64,000 bases of DNA from Candidatus Bathyarchaeota archaeon (GCA_963832745.1 CAWHVC010000002.1:404684-468683), one strand, 5' to 3'; counted from the stretch's first letter, positions 1-10,527 are shown. Notes: generated by a model from the sequence alone, not told the origin. Program-made: numbers and translations.

Positions 1-1031
1 TGGTGAAGGCTGGAGAAACACTGGTTGATTCCGCGCACAAGGAAGGTATGATTCCTTTTGAAGGTGTCAATTACGTTTCTGAACCTGTCATGACTATCGC
101 TGTTGAACCCAAAACTCCTCAGGAAATTCCAGCGTTGCTTACGGCGCTTGAAAAGATGTCTTCTGAAGACCCTAATCTGCATGTAACTACCGACAGGGTA
201 ACTGGCGAGTACCTGTTAAGCGGTATGGGCGAGCTGCACTTGGAGATTGCGACCAATCAGTTGAAGCGTGATTTCGGTTTGGAGATTGAAGTTTCTCCAC
301 CGAGGGTTGTTTACATGGAAAGCGTTACCCAACGCGGCGTTGTTGCCTACGCGAAAAGCCCAAACAAACAGAACAGTTTTAGTGTTCAGGTTGAGCCTGA
401 AAATGAAAACCAGAAGATGGCTTCTGAAGAAATGGATAAACTTTTGTATTTTGATGAGAACGGTAACGCGTTTGTGGATTGCAGCAAAAAAACAGACACT
501 ATTTCTAGTGGGGTTTTGGAGTCACTAATAGGCGGGTTTGAATACGCCTGTAAAGCTGGACCCCTTTGCGGTGAACCTACACGTTACGTAAAGGTTAAGC
601 TTATTGACATGCAACTTAGCGGAAACCAAGACAGCAAAAACGAAGTAATGCATGGCGTAGGTAAGGCCATTTTCGCATCATTTTTAACCGCTAAACCTGT
701 TCTGCTTGAACCCATCTACGCCACAACCGTTTCAGTATCGTCCGAGCTTTCAGGGGAATGCTCAAGAATCCTAACAACCAGACGCGGCAAAGTCAAAAAC
801 TTTGAACAAAAAGGCTTACTCACCGCAATCAAAGGCTTCATCCCCGTCGCCGAAACCTTCGGCTTCTCCAAAGAACTTCGCTCCGCCACCTCGGGTAGGG
901 CAATTTGGCAATCCATCTTTGACCACTGGGAAAAACTACCTGAAAGACTTGGAATTCAAACTATAACTGAACTGCGAAAACGTAAAGGCTTGGCATCTGA
1001 TGTGCCTAAACCTGAAAAATTCATGGAGTAA
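1..1031 (+). CDS. Elongation factor 2 paralogue (aEF-2p-like), C-terminal domains III-V, 5' end outside the window
   Basis: EF-2 motifs EPVMTIAVEPK, EDP, GMGELHLEI, GPLCGEP, PVAETFGF..LRSATSGRA. The diphthamide loop (H-E-D-x-x-H-R-G) is replaced by SGNQDSKNE. Confidence 0.9.
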   Translation, partial: VKAGETLVDSAHKEGMIPFEGVNYVSEPVMTIAVEPKTPQEIPALLTALEKMSSEDPNLHVTTDRVTGEYLLSGMGELHLEIATNQLKRDFGLEIEVSPPRVVYMESVTQRGVVAYAKSPNKQNSFSVQVEPENENQKMASEEMDKLLYFDENGNAFVDCSKKTDTISSGVLESLIGGFEYACKAGPLCGEPTRYVKVKLIDMQLSGNQDSKNEVMHGVGKAIFASFLTAKPVLLEPIYATTVSVSSELSGECSRILTTRRGKVKNFEQKGLLTAIKGFIPVAETFGFSKELRSATSGRAIWQSIFDHWEKLPERLGIQTITELRKRKGLASDVPKPEKFME

Positions 1032-1039
1032 CCCTGAAA

Positions 1040-1912
1040 ATGAAGCTTGAACTTGATATAGCGTTTGATTTGGATTTTTCACTTTGTTGCGGTCAAGTGT
1101 TTCGTTGCAAAAAGGTTGGCGGCTGGTGGTACGGCGTTTCAGGTGACAAGATTTTCAAAATCCGCCAAAGTGATAACAGCTTGGAGTTTGACGGCGTAGA
1201 TGAGGGTTTTGTTAAGTCATTTTTTGGTTTGAATGACGATTTAGCCCAGATAACCCAGTGTGTTAACAAAGACCCCTACATCGCGGCTGCCCTAAAACGG
1301 TTTGAAGGTTTGCGGCTTGTCCGCCAAAACCCTTGGGAATGCCTAATCAGCTTCATCTGCGCCACCTACAAAAGCATAGCAGCCATCGAACAAATGCTCT
1401 CAAAAATCTCACAAAAATTTGGTGAAAAACGCTGTTTTGATGGTCAAGATTTTTGGCTGTTTCCTTCAATAGAGGGGTTGGCAGTGGCAAGTGTGCACGG
1501 TTTAGAAGAGTGCGGTTTGGGTTATAGGGCTAAGTACGTGCAGGCAACGGCGCAGAGAATTCGTGACGAAAACATCGATTTAGAGAGTTTCAAGTTGTTG
1601 CCGTATGCTGAGGCGAAGAAGCGGCTTTTCGAGTTTTCAGGCGTCGGCTTAAAAGTTGCGGATTGTGTGCTTCTGTTTTCGCTCGAGAAGATGGAGGCTT
1701 TTCCTGTGGACGTTTGGGTTAAACGCATTCTGCTAAACCACTATGCAGACCAACTGCCACAAGATTTAGTCCAAAGGCTCCAAAGCCACGACTCATTAAG
1801 CAACGGCGAATACGAGAAACTGAACGCTTTTGGACGGAGCTATTTTGGTGCATATGCGGGATACGCTCAAGAGTACCTTTATCATTATGAGCGGTCACAG
1901 AAATTTAAGTGA
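1040..1912 (+). CDS. 8-oxoguanine DNA glycosylase (OGG1-type, HhH-GPD)
   Basis: CGQVFR N-terminus, LRLVRQNPWECLISFIC, GLGYRAKY, GVGLKVADCVLLF, FPVDVWV, GYAQEYLY. Confidence 0.9.
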   Translation: MKLELDIAFDLDFSLCCGQVFRCKKVGGWWYGVSGDKIFKIRQSDNSLEFDGVDEGFVKSFFGLNDDLAQITQCVNKDPYIAAALKRFEGLRLVRQNPWECLISFICATYKSIAAIEQMLSKISQKFGEKRCFDGQDFWLFPSIEGLAVASVHGLEECGLGYRAKYVQATAQRIRDENIDLESFKLLPYAEAKKRLFEFSGVGLKVADCVLLFSLEKMEAFPVDVWVKRILLNHYADQLPQDLVQRLQSHDSLSNGEYEKLNAFGRSYFGAYAGYAQEYLYHYERSQKFK

Positions 1913-3239
1913 GCTTTTTACTGTTTTTGTAAATCCAAACTAAAATAACTGCTACAATGCAAATCACAATTATTACGATAATTAAAGTGTAAGGGGGCGT
2001 TGGGGTTTGGGTGTTTGGGTTTGTTTGTTGTTCTTCAATTTTGGGGGTTTCAAGATTAAGCGGGTCTATTAGTGGATGTTGGTCAATGTTGTTTTCGTTA
2101 ATGTAGAATGGTGTATTCCAAACACCTCCGTTTTCAGTAGCATTGGGGTACCTTGTTTGGTAACCGCTCCAATAGTTACCTACAGAAGCATTGTTCCATG
2201 TACTATGCCGTCCACAAAGCATTTCCACGTAGATTTTCCCCTCTTGATTATGACCCGTATGCATGTACATTGGCATTGAAACTTGCAAGCCTTTGTCTAA
2301 GTTGTTATCGATGAAATTGTTTGCGTAGATTTGGTTTTCTGTTTGGGATCCGTTGAGCCTTATGCCCCATTGATTATTTCTTAAGAATTGGTTGTACGTG
2401 ATTGTGTTGGAGGCGGATGCCTCGACGAGAATGCCCATTTCGTTTTCTGAAATAGTGTTGGCATGCAACGCGTTGTTTGATGCCCCTCCAAGAATTAATC
2501 CGCAAACTTTGTTTTGAGTTACATAGTTTGATGTAACTGTGTTTGCTTGGCAATCCTTAAGCAGGATACCTTCATTGTTGCTGTTAACCTGATTTTCTTT
2601 AATTAAATTTCCCTCTGTAGATTTGTCTGAATAACTTTCAAGTTGCATTCCTATGCTGTTGTCGAACACTATATTTTTCACGATTTTATTATTTTCCGAG
2701 TAATGAACAAGAATTCCAATGCTATTGTTGTAGACTGTGCAGTTGGTTACAGTGTTATCCGTTGATTCAGGATATGGACTTGATGGTGCATCTGGTTCAG
2801 CTTGTTGAGCAGGGTCAACATAAAGTAAGCGTTTAACCGTAACTCCCCAATAGTAACCGTTAACCTGAACATTTTTCACGGTCACATTTTTGGTGCAGTT
2901 AAGGGTTAAACCCGTTTCATAGCCTGATTCAGTGCTTTTCAACATGTAGCCTGCACCATCAAAAACCGCGTCGTTACAAAGAATCCAAATTGGTTGACCC
3001 TCAATGTTGCCAGTTAACGTGTAAACGTTCCCTTCTCGCCGAATTGGCGCCGATGCTGGATTGACTGTCCCGTTAACTTCTATGTAGATGTGTGTGGGGT
3101 CACGTGGCGGTTGATAATTTGGGCCATAAGGATTTGCGTTAACTTCATTCACCAAATTCACGTTTATGGCTAAAGCTATCAATAAAACCGCAAAAAATAA
3201 CGATGAGAAAACATTTTGTTTCTTTCTTGTTTGCATCAA
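1905..3239 (-). CDS. Membrane-anchored NosD/CASH parallel beta-helix surface protein
   Basis: Signal peptide, repeated N-x-x-G-I-x-L...N-x-I motifs, GNYWS and D-x-H-P-L motifs, PT-rich linker, C-terminal TM helix. Confidence 0.85.
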   Translation of the reverse strand: MMQTRKKQNVFSSLFFAVLLIALAINVNLVNEVNANPYGPNYQPPRDPTHIYIEVNGTVNPASAPIRREGNVYTLTGNIEGQPIWILCNDAVFDGAGYMLKSTESGYETGLTLNCTKNVTVKNVQVNGYYWGVTVKRLLYVDPAQQAEPDAPSSPYPESTDNTVTNCTVYNNSIGILVHYSENNKIVKNIVFDNSIGMQLESYSDKSTEGNLIKENQVNSNNEGILLKDCQANTVTSNYVTQNKVCGLILGGASNNALHANTISENEMGILVEASASNTITYNQFLRNNQWGIRLNGSQTENQIYANNFIDNNLDKGLQVSMPMYMHTGHNQEGKIYVEMLCGRHSTWNNASVGNYWSGYQTRYPNATENGGVWNTPFYINENNIDQHPLIDPLNLETPKIEEQQTNPNTQTPTPPYTLIIVIIVICIVAVILVWIYKNSKKLT

Positions 3240-3278
3240 TTATGTTTTAGGGATTTATTGTTACTTAATATTTTGCTT

Positions 3279-3737
3279 TTACTTGTTGTTCAGTCTTTGT
3301 TTGTATTTTTCGTAATCCGTCAGCATTCGCGGGTACTCTTGGCACATTAGTGATGATGAAATTAGGAAGTCTGCTGAGGCGCGGTTGCTGGCTGTTGGAA
3401 TATTCCAAACCACTGCCATGCGTAGTAGGGCTTTGACGTCTGGGTCATGCGGCAACTGGGCTAAGGGGTCCCAGAAGAATATTAGAAAATCAATTTTGCC
3501 CTCAGAGATGCGTGCGCCGATTTGCATGTCTCCGCCTAAGGGTCCACTCTCAAGGATTGTTATGTCTAAGCCTAACTCTTTCTGCAGGATGGTGCCTGTT
3601 GTGCCTGTTGCGTATAGCTCGTGTTGGCGTAGTGTGCAGATGTTGAATTTTGCCCATTCTAGCATGTCGTCTTTTTTGTGGTCGTGGGCGACGAGTGCAA
3701 TTTTTTTTCTGGGGTATAACATTGCAATTTTTGTCAT
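3279..3737 (-). CDS. mgsA: Methylglyoxal synthase
   Basis: [44 protein letters not shown]. Confidence 0.95.
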   Translation of the reverse strand: MTKIAMLYPRKKIALVAHDHKKDDMLEWAKFNICTLRQHELYATGTTGTILQKELGLDITILESGPLGGDMQIGARISEGKIDFLIFFWDPLAQLPHDPDVKALLRMAVVWNIPTASNRASADFLISSSLMCQEYPRMLTDYEKYKQRLNNK

Positions 3738-3890
3738 TTCTTGAGGGCCTCTATTCTTGTATAAGTCCAGTTTGGTTTTTTTGGTTATTAAATTGTTTCT
3801 ATCAAAAATACTGAGTTTGAATAGTTGCTTTTGGGAATAAATTTATTTATGTTGTCGTGAGATACAATAAATCAAGAGGTAACTGACTGT

Positions 3891-4520
3891 TTGGGTGCAC
3901 TGAAAAGCTTAGGTCAAGGCTTTCTTATGGCTACTGCTCTACTCTGGATGTACAACATAGCAGAGTTAACCAGAACCGGCAACGGCGCAATCGGCCTACT
4001 ATATCTACTAATAATGTTAATCCCCATCATCAGCATCCTACGCCTCCGCATCAAGAAACCCTACACAACCATAACCGGCGACTCCACAAGCAAATGGCGG
4101 GAAATCATATTCTCATTCCAAGGCATCGCCTTATCATGTTGGAGCTTTGACCTACTCACCACTTACTATGCCATAAACGTAACCGGTTTAGCGATAGAAA
4201 TCAATCCGCTTGGCTGGCCTCTCGGAATTCTTGGAGCGTTGGTCTATTATGGTCCAACCCTCTTGTTATCCTACTTTTTGCTGTTCAAAATCAAGGAAAA
4301 AATTTCATTGTATGCTGCTTTGCCGATGACTGCAGTTATGCTCATGATGGGTTCCATGAACCTATTTGCTGGTGCAGAGAACTTTAAAATCTTCGTTTAC
4401 ACCGTCACGATAAACCCTGCAATCTATTATGGGTTGCTGGCTATGATTGTTGTTGCGAATTTGACGGTGCAGTTGGCTTTAAAGCGTATGGTTGCCACTC
4501 CAAAAGTCGCTTTTAACTAA
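3891..4520 (+). CDS. Multi-pass membrane protein (DUF5658-like)
   Basis: About 6 hydrophobic segments; DLLTTYYA...EINPL motif. Confidence 0.6.
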   Translation: MGALKSLGQGFLMATALLWMYNIAELTRTGNGAIGLLYLLIMLIPIISILRLRIKKPYTTITGDSTSKWREIIFSFQGIALSCWSFDLLTTYYAINVTGLAIEINPLGWPLGILGALVYYGPTLLLSYFLLFKIKEKISLYAALPMTAVMLMMGSMNLFAGAENFKIFVYTVTINPAIYYGLLAMIVVANLTVQLALKRMVATPKVAFN

Positions 4521-4528
4521 CCATTATG

Positions 4529-4666
4529 TTAGTCTTCGGGTGGTTCTCTTGTTTTTGCAAGCTCTGTCTTAGGCATATGTCTCAAAATCTTTTCCTGATC
4601 AACCATTGTAATGTCATCTTTTTCTGCTTCATGTCTCTCTTTATCAGTCATGTTTGATTTTGACAA
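4529..4666 (-). CDS. Small charged hypothetical protein (45 aa), not in the ORF track
   Basis: GGAGG upstream of a TTG start; open frame MSKSNMTDKERHEAEKDDITMVDQEKILRHMPKTELAKTREPPED. Confidence 0.45.
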   Translation of the reverse strand: MSKSNMTDKERHEAEKDDITMVDQEKILRHMPKTELAKTREPPED

Positions 4667-4747
4667 AAATTTGCCTCCAAAAACCTAGAATCAACTTTGG
4701 CATCTTAAGGTTTGTAACTGGTAAACAGCAACTACAAGCTGCCTTTC

Positions 4748-6427
4748 CTAAATAGGAAGAAAAACCGCGATTTTTGTCCCTTTACCCTCAACACTTTTAA
4801 CTTCAATTCTGCCCCGATGTGCCTCTACAAGTCTTTTGCAAATCGAAAAGCCTATGCCCATGCCTTTGGCTTTAGTAGTAAAGAACGGAGAACCTATCTT
4901 TTTGACGATTTCACCAGACATGCCAACGCCAGTGTCACTAAACTCAATTTCAACATCTTTTTGACTTTTTTCGCTTGTAATTTTAAGTGTTCCACCATCG
5001 GGCATGGCATCTATCGCATTTTTTGCGATGTTACTGAAGACCCGTTCTATTTTAGCTGCGTCAACATTTAGTAAGTATTCGTTGTTAGTGTAATTGATTA
5101 TTTTGATGTTTTTTGGAGTTGTAAATGTGGTTAATGCTTTTGTTACCAGTTGATATGTGCTGTTTTTTGTTTTTTCAAGTTTTATTTCGCTTGAATATTC
5201 CCATAAATCGCTAACAATCTTGTTGGAATATTCCACACAATCATCAATTACTCCTAGCAAGCCAACTCCTTTTTCTCCTAATTCCTGCCCATAATTCTTC
5301 TGTAAAGCGTAAGTTGCCCCTTTAATTCCTGTTAACGGGTTACGTAAATCGTGAGCAACCATTCTTGAAACTTCATTCATAGTGTCGAGTTTCTGGTTGA
5401 CTGAATCTTTTATTGCGTTTGCAAGGACAGAAACTTCGTCTGTTCCTTTTTTAGGATGCGATTTGGTGTTTGGTTCTGAAAAGGTAGTTTTAACATAGGT
5501 TGCAAGGTCTGTTAGTGGTGTTATGATTTGTTTTTTAAGAATAATTGAAACGGAAAATCCAAATGCTACTGAAAGCACAAGGGCTGCAGCAATGAAAATG
5601 TTTCTTGTAGCTATGCCATGCTGATAGAACTCTCGAGTTTGGTTAACTTGTAAAACAAACATTGGCGCCTCATTAACGTCATTGATTATGGTGTAGCCTG
5701 ATACGACTTCAGAAGAGCTTGCCTCAACCAGAACCGTTTGAGGGTTCAAAGTTAATGCTTCAAAAATTTGTTCTCCGTCTGTCTGATTTTCAAAAACATC
5801 GCCAGAGGTAACAGTGAAATTTAACCCCATAATTTCAGAAAGCATATCTACTTCTTGACTGTCTAAATAGCTGCCAAACAGCATCCCCCCACGCATTGGA
5901 CCGTCCTTTTGGTTTGTAACGATTGGCGCAGTGGCTAAAAGCAAAATTTTGTCATCACCAAGAAGAATCATTCCTGACTTCGCATCGTCAACTGTTTGAA
6001 AAGTCCAGATTGTTGTGTCAGCCTGCAACTGAGCTACGGTTTCTTGGCTGCAGTCAGTTGGCTCAGAATAGTTATCGTCATAAACTTTGCAGTAAACCAT
6101 GTTGCCGCTGTTATCAATTGTTGCCACAAGGTTCAGATTAAGATTTTCAAAGGATGTGTCAAGGTTTTCCTTAACGTAGTTTGGGTCATAAGATTGTATA
6201 AAACTGTATGTTTCATCCCATGCTGCATAATCGACAACTTTGTTTTTCATTTGTGAAAGCATAAAATTTAGTGTAGTTAATGCTTGGCAGACGCCTTCTT
6301 GGCTTTGTTGGTTTTCAATGTCTTCATAGCTTGGCATAATTAGGTAAGACGCTGCTAAGTGAAGTGCGCCAAAAATTATTAGGCATGCAATTGAGATTGA
6401 AATTATTGTTTTTGTTCTAATTTTCAT
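4748..6427 (-). CDS. CHASE4-domain sensor histidine kinase
   Basis: Two TMs flanking a DYAAWDETY CHASE4 region; H-box AHDLRNPL; N, G1, F and G2 boxes (NAIDAM, DTGVG, PFFTTK, GMGIG). Confidence 0.92.
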   Translation of the reverse strand: MKIRTKTIISISIACLIIFGALHLAASYLIMPSYEDIENQQSQEGVCQALTTLNFMLSQMKNKVVDYAAWDETYSFIQSYDPNYVKENLDTSFENLNLNLVATIDNSGNMVYCKVYDDNYSEPTDCSQETVAQLQADTTIWTFQTVDDAKSGMILLGDDKILLLATAPIVTNQKDGPMRGGMLFGSYLDSQEVDMLSEIMGLNFTVTSGDVFENQTDGEQIFEALTLNPQTVLVEASSSEVVSGYTIINDVNEAPMFVLQVNQTREFYQHGIATRNIFIAAALVLSVAFGFSVSIILKKQIITPLTDLATYVKTTFSEPNTKSHPKKGTDEVSVLANAIKDSVNQKLDTMNEVSRMVAHDLRNPLTGIKGATYALQKNYGQELGEKGVGLLGVIDDCVEYSNKIVSDLWEYSSEIKLEKTKNSTYQLVTKALTTFTTPKNIKIINYTNNEYLLNVDAAKIERVFSNIAKNAIDAMPDGGTLKITSEKSQKDVEIEFSDTGVGMSGEIVKKIGSPFFTTKAKGMGIGFSICKRLVEAHRGRIEVKSVEGKGTKIAVFLPI

Positions 6428-6666
6428 GGCGCATTTTTCTCAGGGCATAGTTTGGGTACTCTGCTTTTCTTGTTTACTTAAAGCCTGTGTAGTCTAGATA
6501 TGGCGCCAAAATGATTAACAACAAAAGTATCACTAATCTTGTTCAACATCTGTGATAACTAAAAATATCAGAAAAGTACCTGTTTTATTAATTAAAAAAC
6601 ATCAAAAATGTATTAACTGCAACATGAGGCAATCTTATTTAAAAATTAGTAAAAAAGTTGCCCTGC

Positions 6667-7146
6667 TTAGGCAAGTTTCTTTGTCATCACGTATGCGTCT
6701 TCGCCGTCAGAATAGTACCCGTTTATTGTCCTGCTGACTTCAAAACCCAGCTTCTTATAAAGCGAAATAGCTGGCTCATTGGTTACTCTGACTTCTAAGA
6801 AGCATTGTTTTGCTTTGTAGTACTTCATGCCTTCAAGTGCCTTGTTGATGACTGCTTGGGCGACGCCTTTGCGTCTTTCTTGTGGCATAACTGCGATGGA
6901 GACAACGTGTCCTTTGCGTATTAAACCGCCAAGCCCCAAATTGGATAAACCTACTTCAATTCTACACATAATGTAGCCGAGGAGTTTTCCGTTTTCTTCT
7001 GCAACAATGAATGTTTCTGGGAAGCGTTGGTGCAGGTCAATAAAGAAGAAGTCGGTATAGTTTTCGGGGAGGCAAACACGGTTGATTTGCATTACAGCTT
7101 GGAGATCGTTTGGGACGAATTTTCGTAGTATGTAGGTCGGTTCCAT
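6667..7146 (-). CDS. N-terminal acetyltransferase (RimI/Ard1 GNAT)
   Basis: LPENY, GYIMCRIE, GHVVSIAV, LEVRVTN, YYSDGEDAY; likely start ATG at 7146. Confidence 0.9.
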   Translation of the reverse strand: MEPTYILRKFVPNDLQAVMQINRVCLPENYTDFFFIDLHQRFPETFIVAEENGKLLGYIMCRIEVGLSNLGLGGLIRKGHVVSIAVMPQERRKGVAQAVINKALEGMKYYKAKQCFLEVRVTNEPAISLYKKLGFEVSRTINGYYSDGEDAYVMTKKLA

Positions 7147-7243
7147 TTTGTCGCCTTCAATACGAGTTTTTGTAAATGAACTTAAAGGTTGCGCTCTATG
7201 CGTTAAATCCTTTATCTGTCTCAATGTCAAGTCTAAAGAGCTT

Positions 7244-8527
7244 TTAAGGTTTTACTTCCTCTGGCGCCTTGTATTCAGGCAACGTGTAGCTTCCTTGTGA
7301 CATAGTCCAAACTCTTGAAGCTGAACCCGACAGTTTAAATGCTTCAGTTAACGCGTCATTTACTGCTCTTGCCGTTTTTAGTTTAAACACGTTAGACGCA
7401 TAATAATCCGGCAGCGAAGACACCAAAATTACCGGGTGATTTTGAAGCACTTTAAGCAAGTAGTACGCTTTGTGTCCTCCCATGGCAAAGTTACGTTTAA
7501 TCTCCTTTTCAGTGCTCTTCAAATCAGTTAGCCGTGTCATCCAGTCATAAAACACTTGGTTGCCATGACCTTCAGGGCACTCCGCAACAAGAATGATTAC
7601 GCCTCCCCTTTTAACCGCGTCTAAAGCGTTATCAATTGCTTTGTAAGCTTGATACAGGTTCACGTCTGCTGGGTGTCCACCAGCGCTGGCTACAACAATG
7701 TCTGCTCGGCGGTCAACTTTAACTTTATACATTTCATCCACGAGTTTAACCGCTTCCAAAAACGCCTGCTCTAAATCTCCTGCGAACGCTTTTACCATTG
7801 CGCCTTTGCTGTTTTCAACAATGTTTACGATAAAGTCAACTTTTGCCATTCGTGCCGCTTCAGTCATGTCTTCATGAACTGGGTTGCCTTCAAGAACGCC
7901 TGTTTTAGCGTTACTGTTAAGCATCATGGCGTGGTTATGCTGAATTGTTTCTACACCGCTGACTCCGGGTAAAACGCTTTTTCTTCCTCCACCGTAGCCT
8001 GCGTAGTAATGCAGGTTTACGTCGCCCAACAGTATTTTTACGTCTGCTTCAGCAAAAATGCGGTTAAGGTACACTTTGTTTCCGTGTGATTTGGTGGTGC
8101 CGATATTAACGAGGTCTGCCGCTTTGGCGTCATGATTTGTTGCTTTCACACGTTTTAGGACCTCTTCACCTAGAAGCATGGTGAACTCTTCAGGTTTAAC
8201 TGCTCTATGGGTGCCGCAGCCAAAAATTACCGTTACATTTTCATCTTTTACGCCAGCAGCATTCAATTCTGCAAGAACAGGCAATATCATGATTTCGTTG
8301 GGATTTTTTCGTGTTGCATCGTCAACAATGATGGCGACTTTACTTTCTGGTTTAGCGATTTCGCTTAACCGTTTTGTTCCTATGGGTTCATGAATGGCGC
8401 GTTCGATTTCTGCTTTAGGGTCTGGTACGCCAGGTTTTTGGGTTGGGTCAATTGAGCCGAGCAGGTTTCGGGCTGGGACTCGAACGCAAACATCTGTTTT
8501 TCCGTAGGGAAGCCAAACATCCACCAT
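7244..8527 (-). CDS. larA: Nickel-pincer-dependent lactate racemase family protein
   Basis: DDATR, GTHR, HYYAGYGGGRKS..PG, HNH, NLYQAYK, ECPEG. Confidence 0.88.
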   Translation of the reverse strand: MVDVWLPYGKTDVCVRVPARNLLGSIDPTQKPGVPDPKAEIERAIHEPIGTKRLSEIAKPESKVAIIVDDATRKNPNEIMILPVLAELNAAGVKDENVTVIFGCGTHRAVKPEEFTMLLGEEVLKRVKATNHDAKAADLVNIGTTKSHGNKVYLNRIFAEADVKILLGDVNLHYYAGYGGGRKSVLPGVSGVETIQHNHAMMLNSNAKTGVLEGNPVHEDMTEAARMAKVDFIVNIVENSKGAMVKAFAGDLEQAFLEAVKLVDEMYKVKVDRRADIVVASAGGHPADVNLYQAYKAIDNALDAVKRGGVIILVAECPEGHGNQVFYDWMTRLTDLKSTEKEIKRNFAMGGHKAYYLLKVLQNHPVILVSSLPDYYASNVFKLKTARAVNDALTEAFKLSGSASRVWTMSQGSYTLPEYKAPEEVKP

Positions 8528-8802
8528 GGGTAATCACGTACTGGTTTATGTTACAATGTTGACGGCGGTACAGCTATTAAGCCTTATCAAAAGCAAGATC
8601 CGTAAAAGGGTAAATTAAAAAATTGGAAACTTTTGGTTAAGGTTGAACGCTTGATTTGGGTTAGTTCTTTTATAGGATAGAAGCGCTAAAACTAAGTAAT
8701 CGCTTGTCAAAATTACAAATCTCGCACCTATTTTACGCTAATTTGGTAACTATAAGCTTAATAATCGTGTAATTACTCACTATTTATTGGAGTGAGCGTT
8801 TT

Positions 8803-9069
8803 TTGTCAGTTAACAAAAGAAGACTAATCCGCAAATGCCTTCTTGTACTAGCTGTCCTCACATCGGTAACAGTAGAACTGGCAATACTGTTAACGTTCCT
8901 AAACATGTACCGCTTAATCGCAATAGAGCTGTACTGGACAGGGCTAATCGTGTTGCTTGCTGCATTTTTTGTTTCCATCCACATTCTGCAGACGGTTGCT
9001 GAAGTCAAATGCGAACGATATGATAACCAATTAAAAACGTCAACAACAATTAGTTCAGAAAGCCCTTAG
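8803..9069 (+). CDS. Small two-TM hypothetical protein
   Basis: Two hydrophobic stretches in an otherwise gene-free gap. Confidence 0.5.
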   Translation: MSVNKRRLIRKCLLVLAVLTSVTVELAILLTFLNMYRLIAIELYWTGLIVLLAAFFVSIHILQTVAEVKCERYDNQLKTSTTISSESP

Positions 9070-9206
9070 GGGACCGGTGCTATTGGCGTTTTTCCAAACC
9101 AAAAACATGTTGAAGCCAACAGTATTGCTGAGCGTAAAGCTGGTAATGGGCAATTGCTTTTAAAAACCACCTGTACTTATATAGCCATTGAGGAATCAAG
9201 AACTTT

Positions 9207-9899
9207 ATGTCAATACAGAAAATTCCAGAAAAAAACGCCATCCTCTTCGTGTGGTTCAACCAATACTCTGGTATACTGCTAAAAACGCCAACCAAGACTT
9301 TTGCCATTGATCCAGTTGACGTCAAGCCGAAATACCTGCAAAACGTTGACGCCATCCTGCTAACGCATGAACATTACGATCATCTTGACTCAAATCTCGT
9401 CAAAGAGGTTCAAAAAGCCACAGACTGCGCAGTCATCGCTGATCCAGCATCCGCTTTCCGTTTAAAACCCCACATTCCAATTGATAAACTTCAAGTAATC
9501 CGCATCGGCGAAGAAATCAAAGTCGGTGAAGTCTCAATCAAAGCAGCCAAATGCAATCACAACGCAAGATACCCAAACACTTACATAATAACAAGTGAAG
9601 ACGGCGTAAAAATTTATCACACCGCCGATAGCCTGCCGTTCCCAGAGTTGGCTAAAATGGGGCTTGACGAAAAGTTTGACTTGGTTTTCTGCAGTGTCGG
9701 CATCACTGTTGGCGCCTCACCTGAAAGTGGTTTCGAAATTGCCCGTTTAACAAAACCGCCACTAGTTGTACCGTATCATACTAATTTGCCTGCTAACCAG
9801 AAAGCTTTCCAGCAACTCATAAAGAAGGAGCTGCGCAGGACTGCATGCTTGGTTCCTGAAATAAACAAAATATATCAGGTTTCAAAAAAAGGAAAGTGA
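9207..9899 (+). CDS. Metallo-beta-lactamase-fold hydrolase
   Basis: IDP, THEHYDH, YHTAD, PYH motifs. Confidence 0.85.
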   Translation: MSIQKIPEKNAILFVWFNQYSGILLKTPTKTFAIDPVDVKPKYLQNVDAILLTHEHYDHLDSNLVKEVQKATDCAVIADPASAFRLKPHIPIDKLQVIRIGEEIKVGEVSIKAAKCNHNARYPNTYIITSEDGVKIYHTADSLPFPELAKMGLDEKFDLVFCSVGITVGASPESGFEIARLTKPPLVVPYHTNLPANQKAFQQLIKKELRRTACLVPEINKIYQVSKKGK

Positions 9900-9903
9900 C
9901 AAT

Positions 9904-10527
9904 TTGCAAAAAAGTTTTGAAGAAAAACAAAATATTATGGCAAACATTCTCTTCAAAATTGACGCCATCAAATTCGGTGTCTTTAAACTCTCAACAGGAA
10001 AAGCAAGCCCCTACTATATTGACTTAAAAGTTATACCAAGCTTTCCCGACGCATTTAGAGAAATAATAGACTTCTACACAGAAACCATAACCAGCCAGAT
10101 TGGACTAAAAAATTTTGACCGAATAGCCGCCGTACCAATAACCGGAATACCGTTTGCTTCACAAATTGCTTACAACCTCAAAAAACCCTTCCTGTACGTG
10201 CGTAAAGGCGTAAAACTACAGGGACGAGAACGCCGAGTTGAAGGTGTACTGTTTTCAGGCGACCGAGTACTGCTGATTGATGATTTAGTCACTACAGGCG
10301 TCACGTTACGAAAAGCTGCTGAAGTCATAAAAGCCGAAGGCGGTATAGTAACGCAGGCGGTTGCTTTTTTAGATCGTGAAGAAGGCGGAAAAGAAAAACT
10401 CAAAGAAGCCGGCGTTGAACTGTTGCCTTTGCTAAAAATTAGTGAAATCGCAAACACACTTTACGAGTTAGGCGCCATTGACAAAGAAAGCCTCAAAACT
10501 ATTAACAAACAAATTAAAAAGAAATAA
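9904..10527 (+). CDS. pyrE: Orotate phosphoribosyltransferase
   Basis: FGVFKLSTGKASPYYIDL, YVRK, PRPP-binding motif VLLIDDLVTTG. Confidence 0.9.
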   Translation: MQKSFEEKQNIMANILFKIDAIKFGVFKLSTGKASPYYIDLKVIPSFPDAFREIIDFYTETITSQIGLKNFDRIAAVPITGIPFASQIAYNLKKPFLYVRKGVKLQGRERRVEGVLFSGDRVLLIDDLVTTGVTLRKAAEVIKAEGGIVTQAVAFLDREEGGKEKLKEAGVELLPLLKISEIANTLYELGAIDKESLKTINKQIKKK

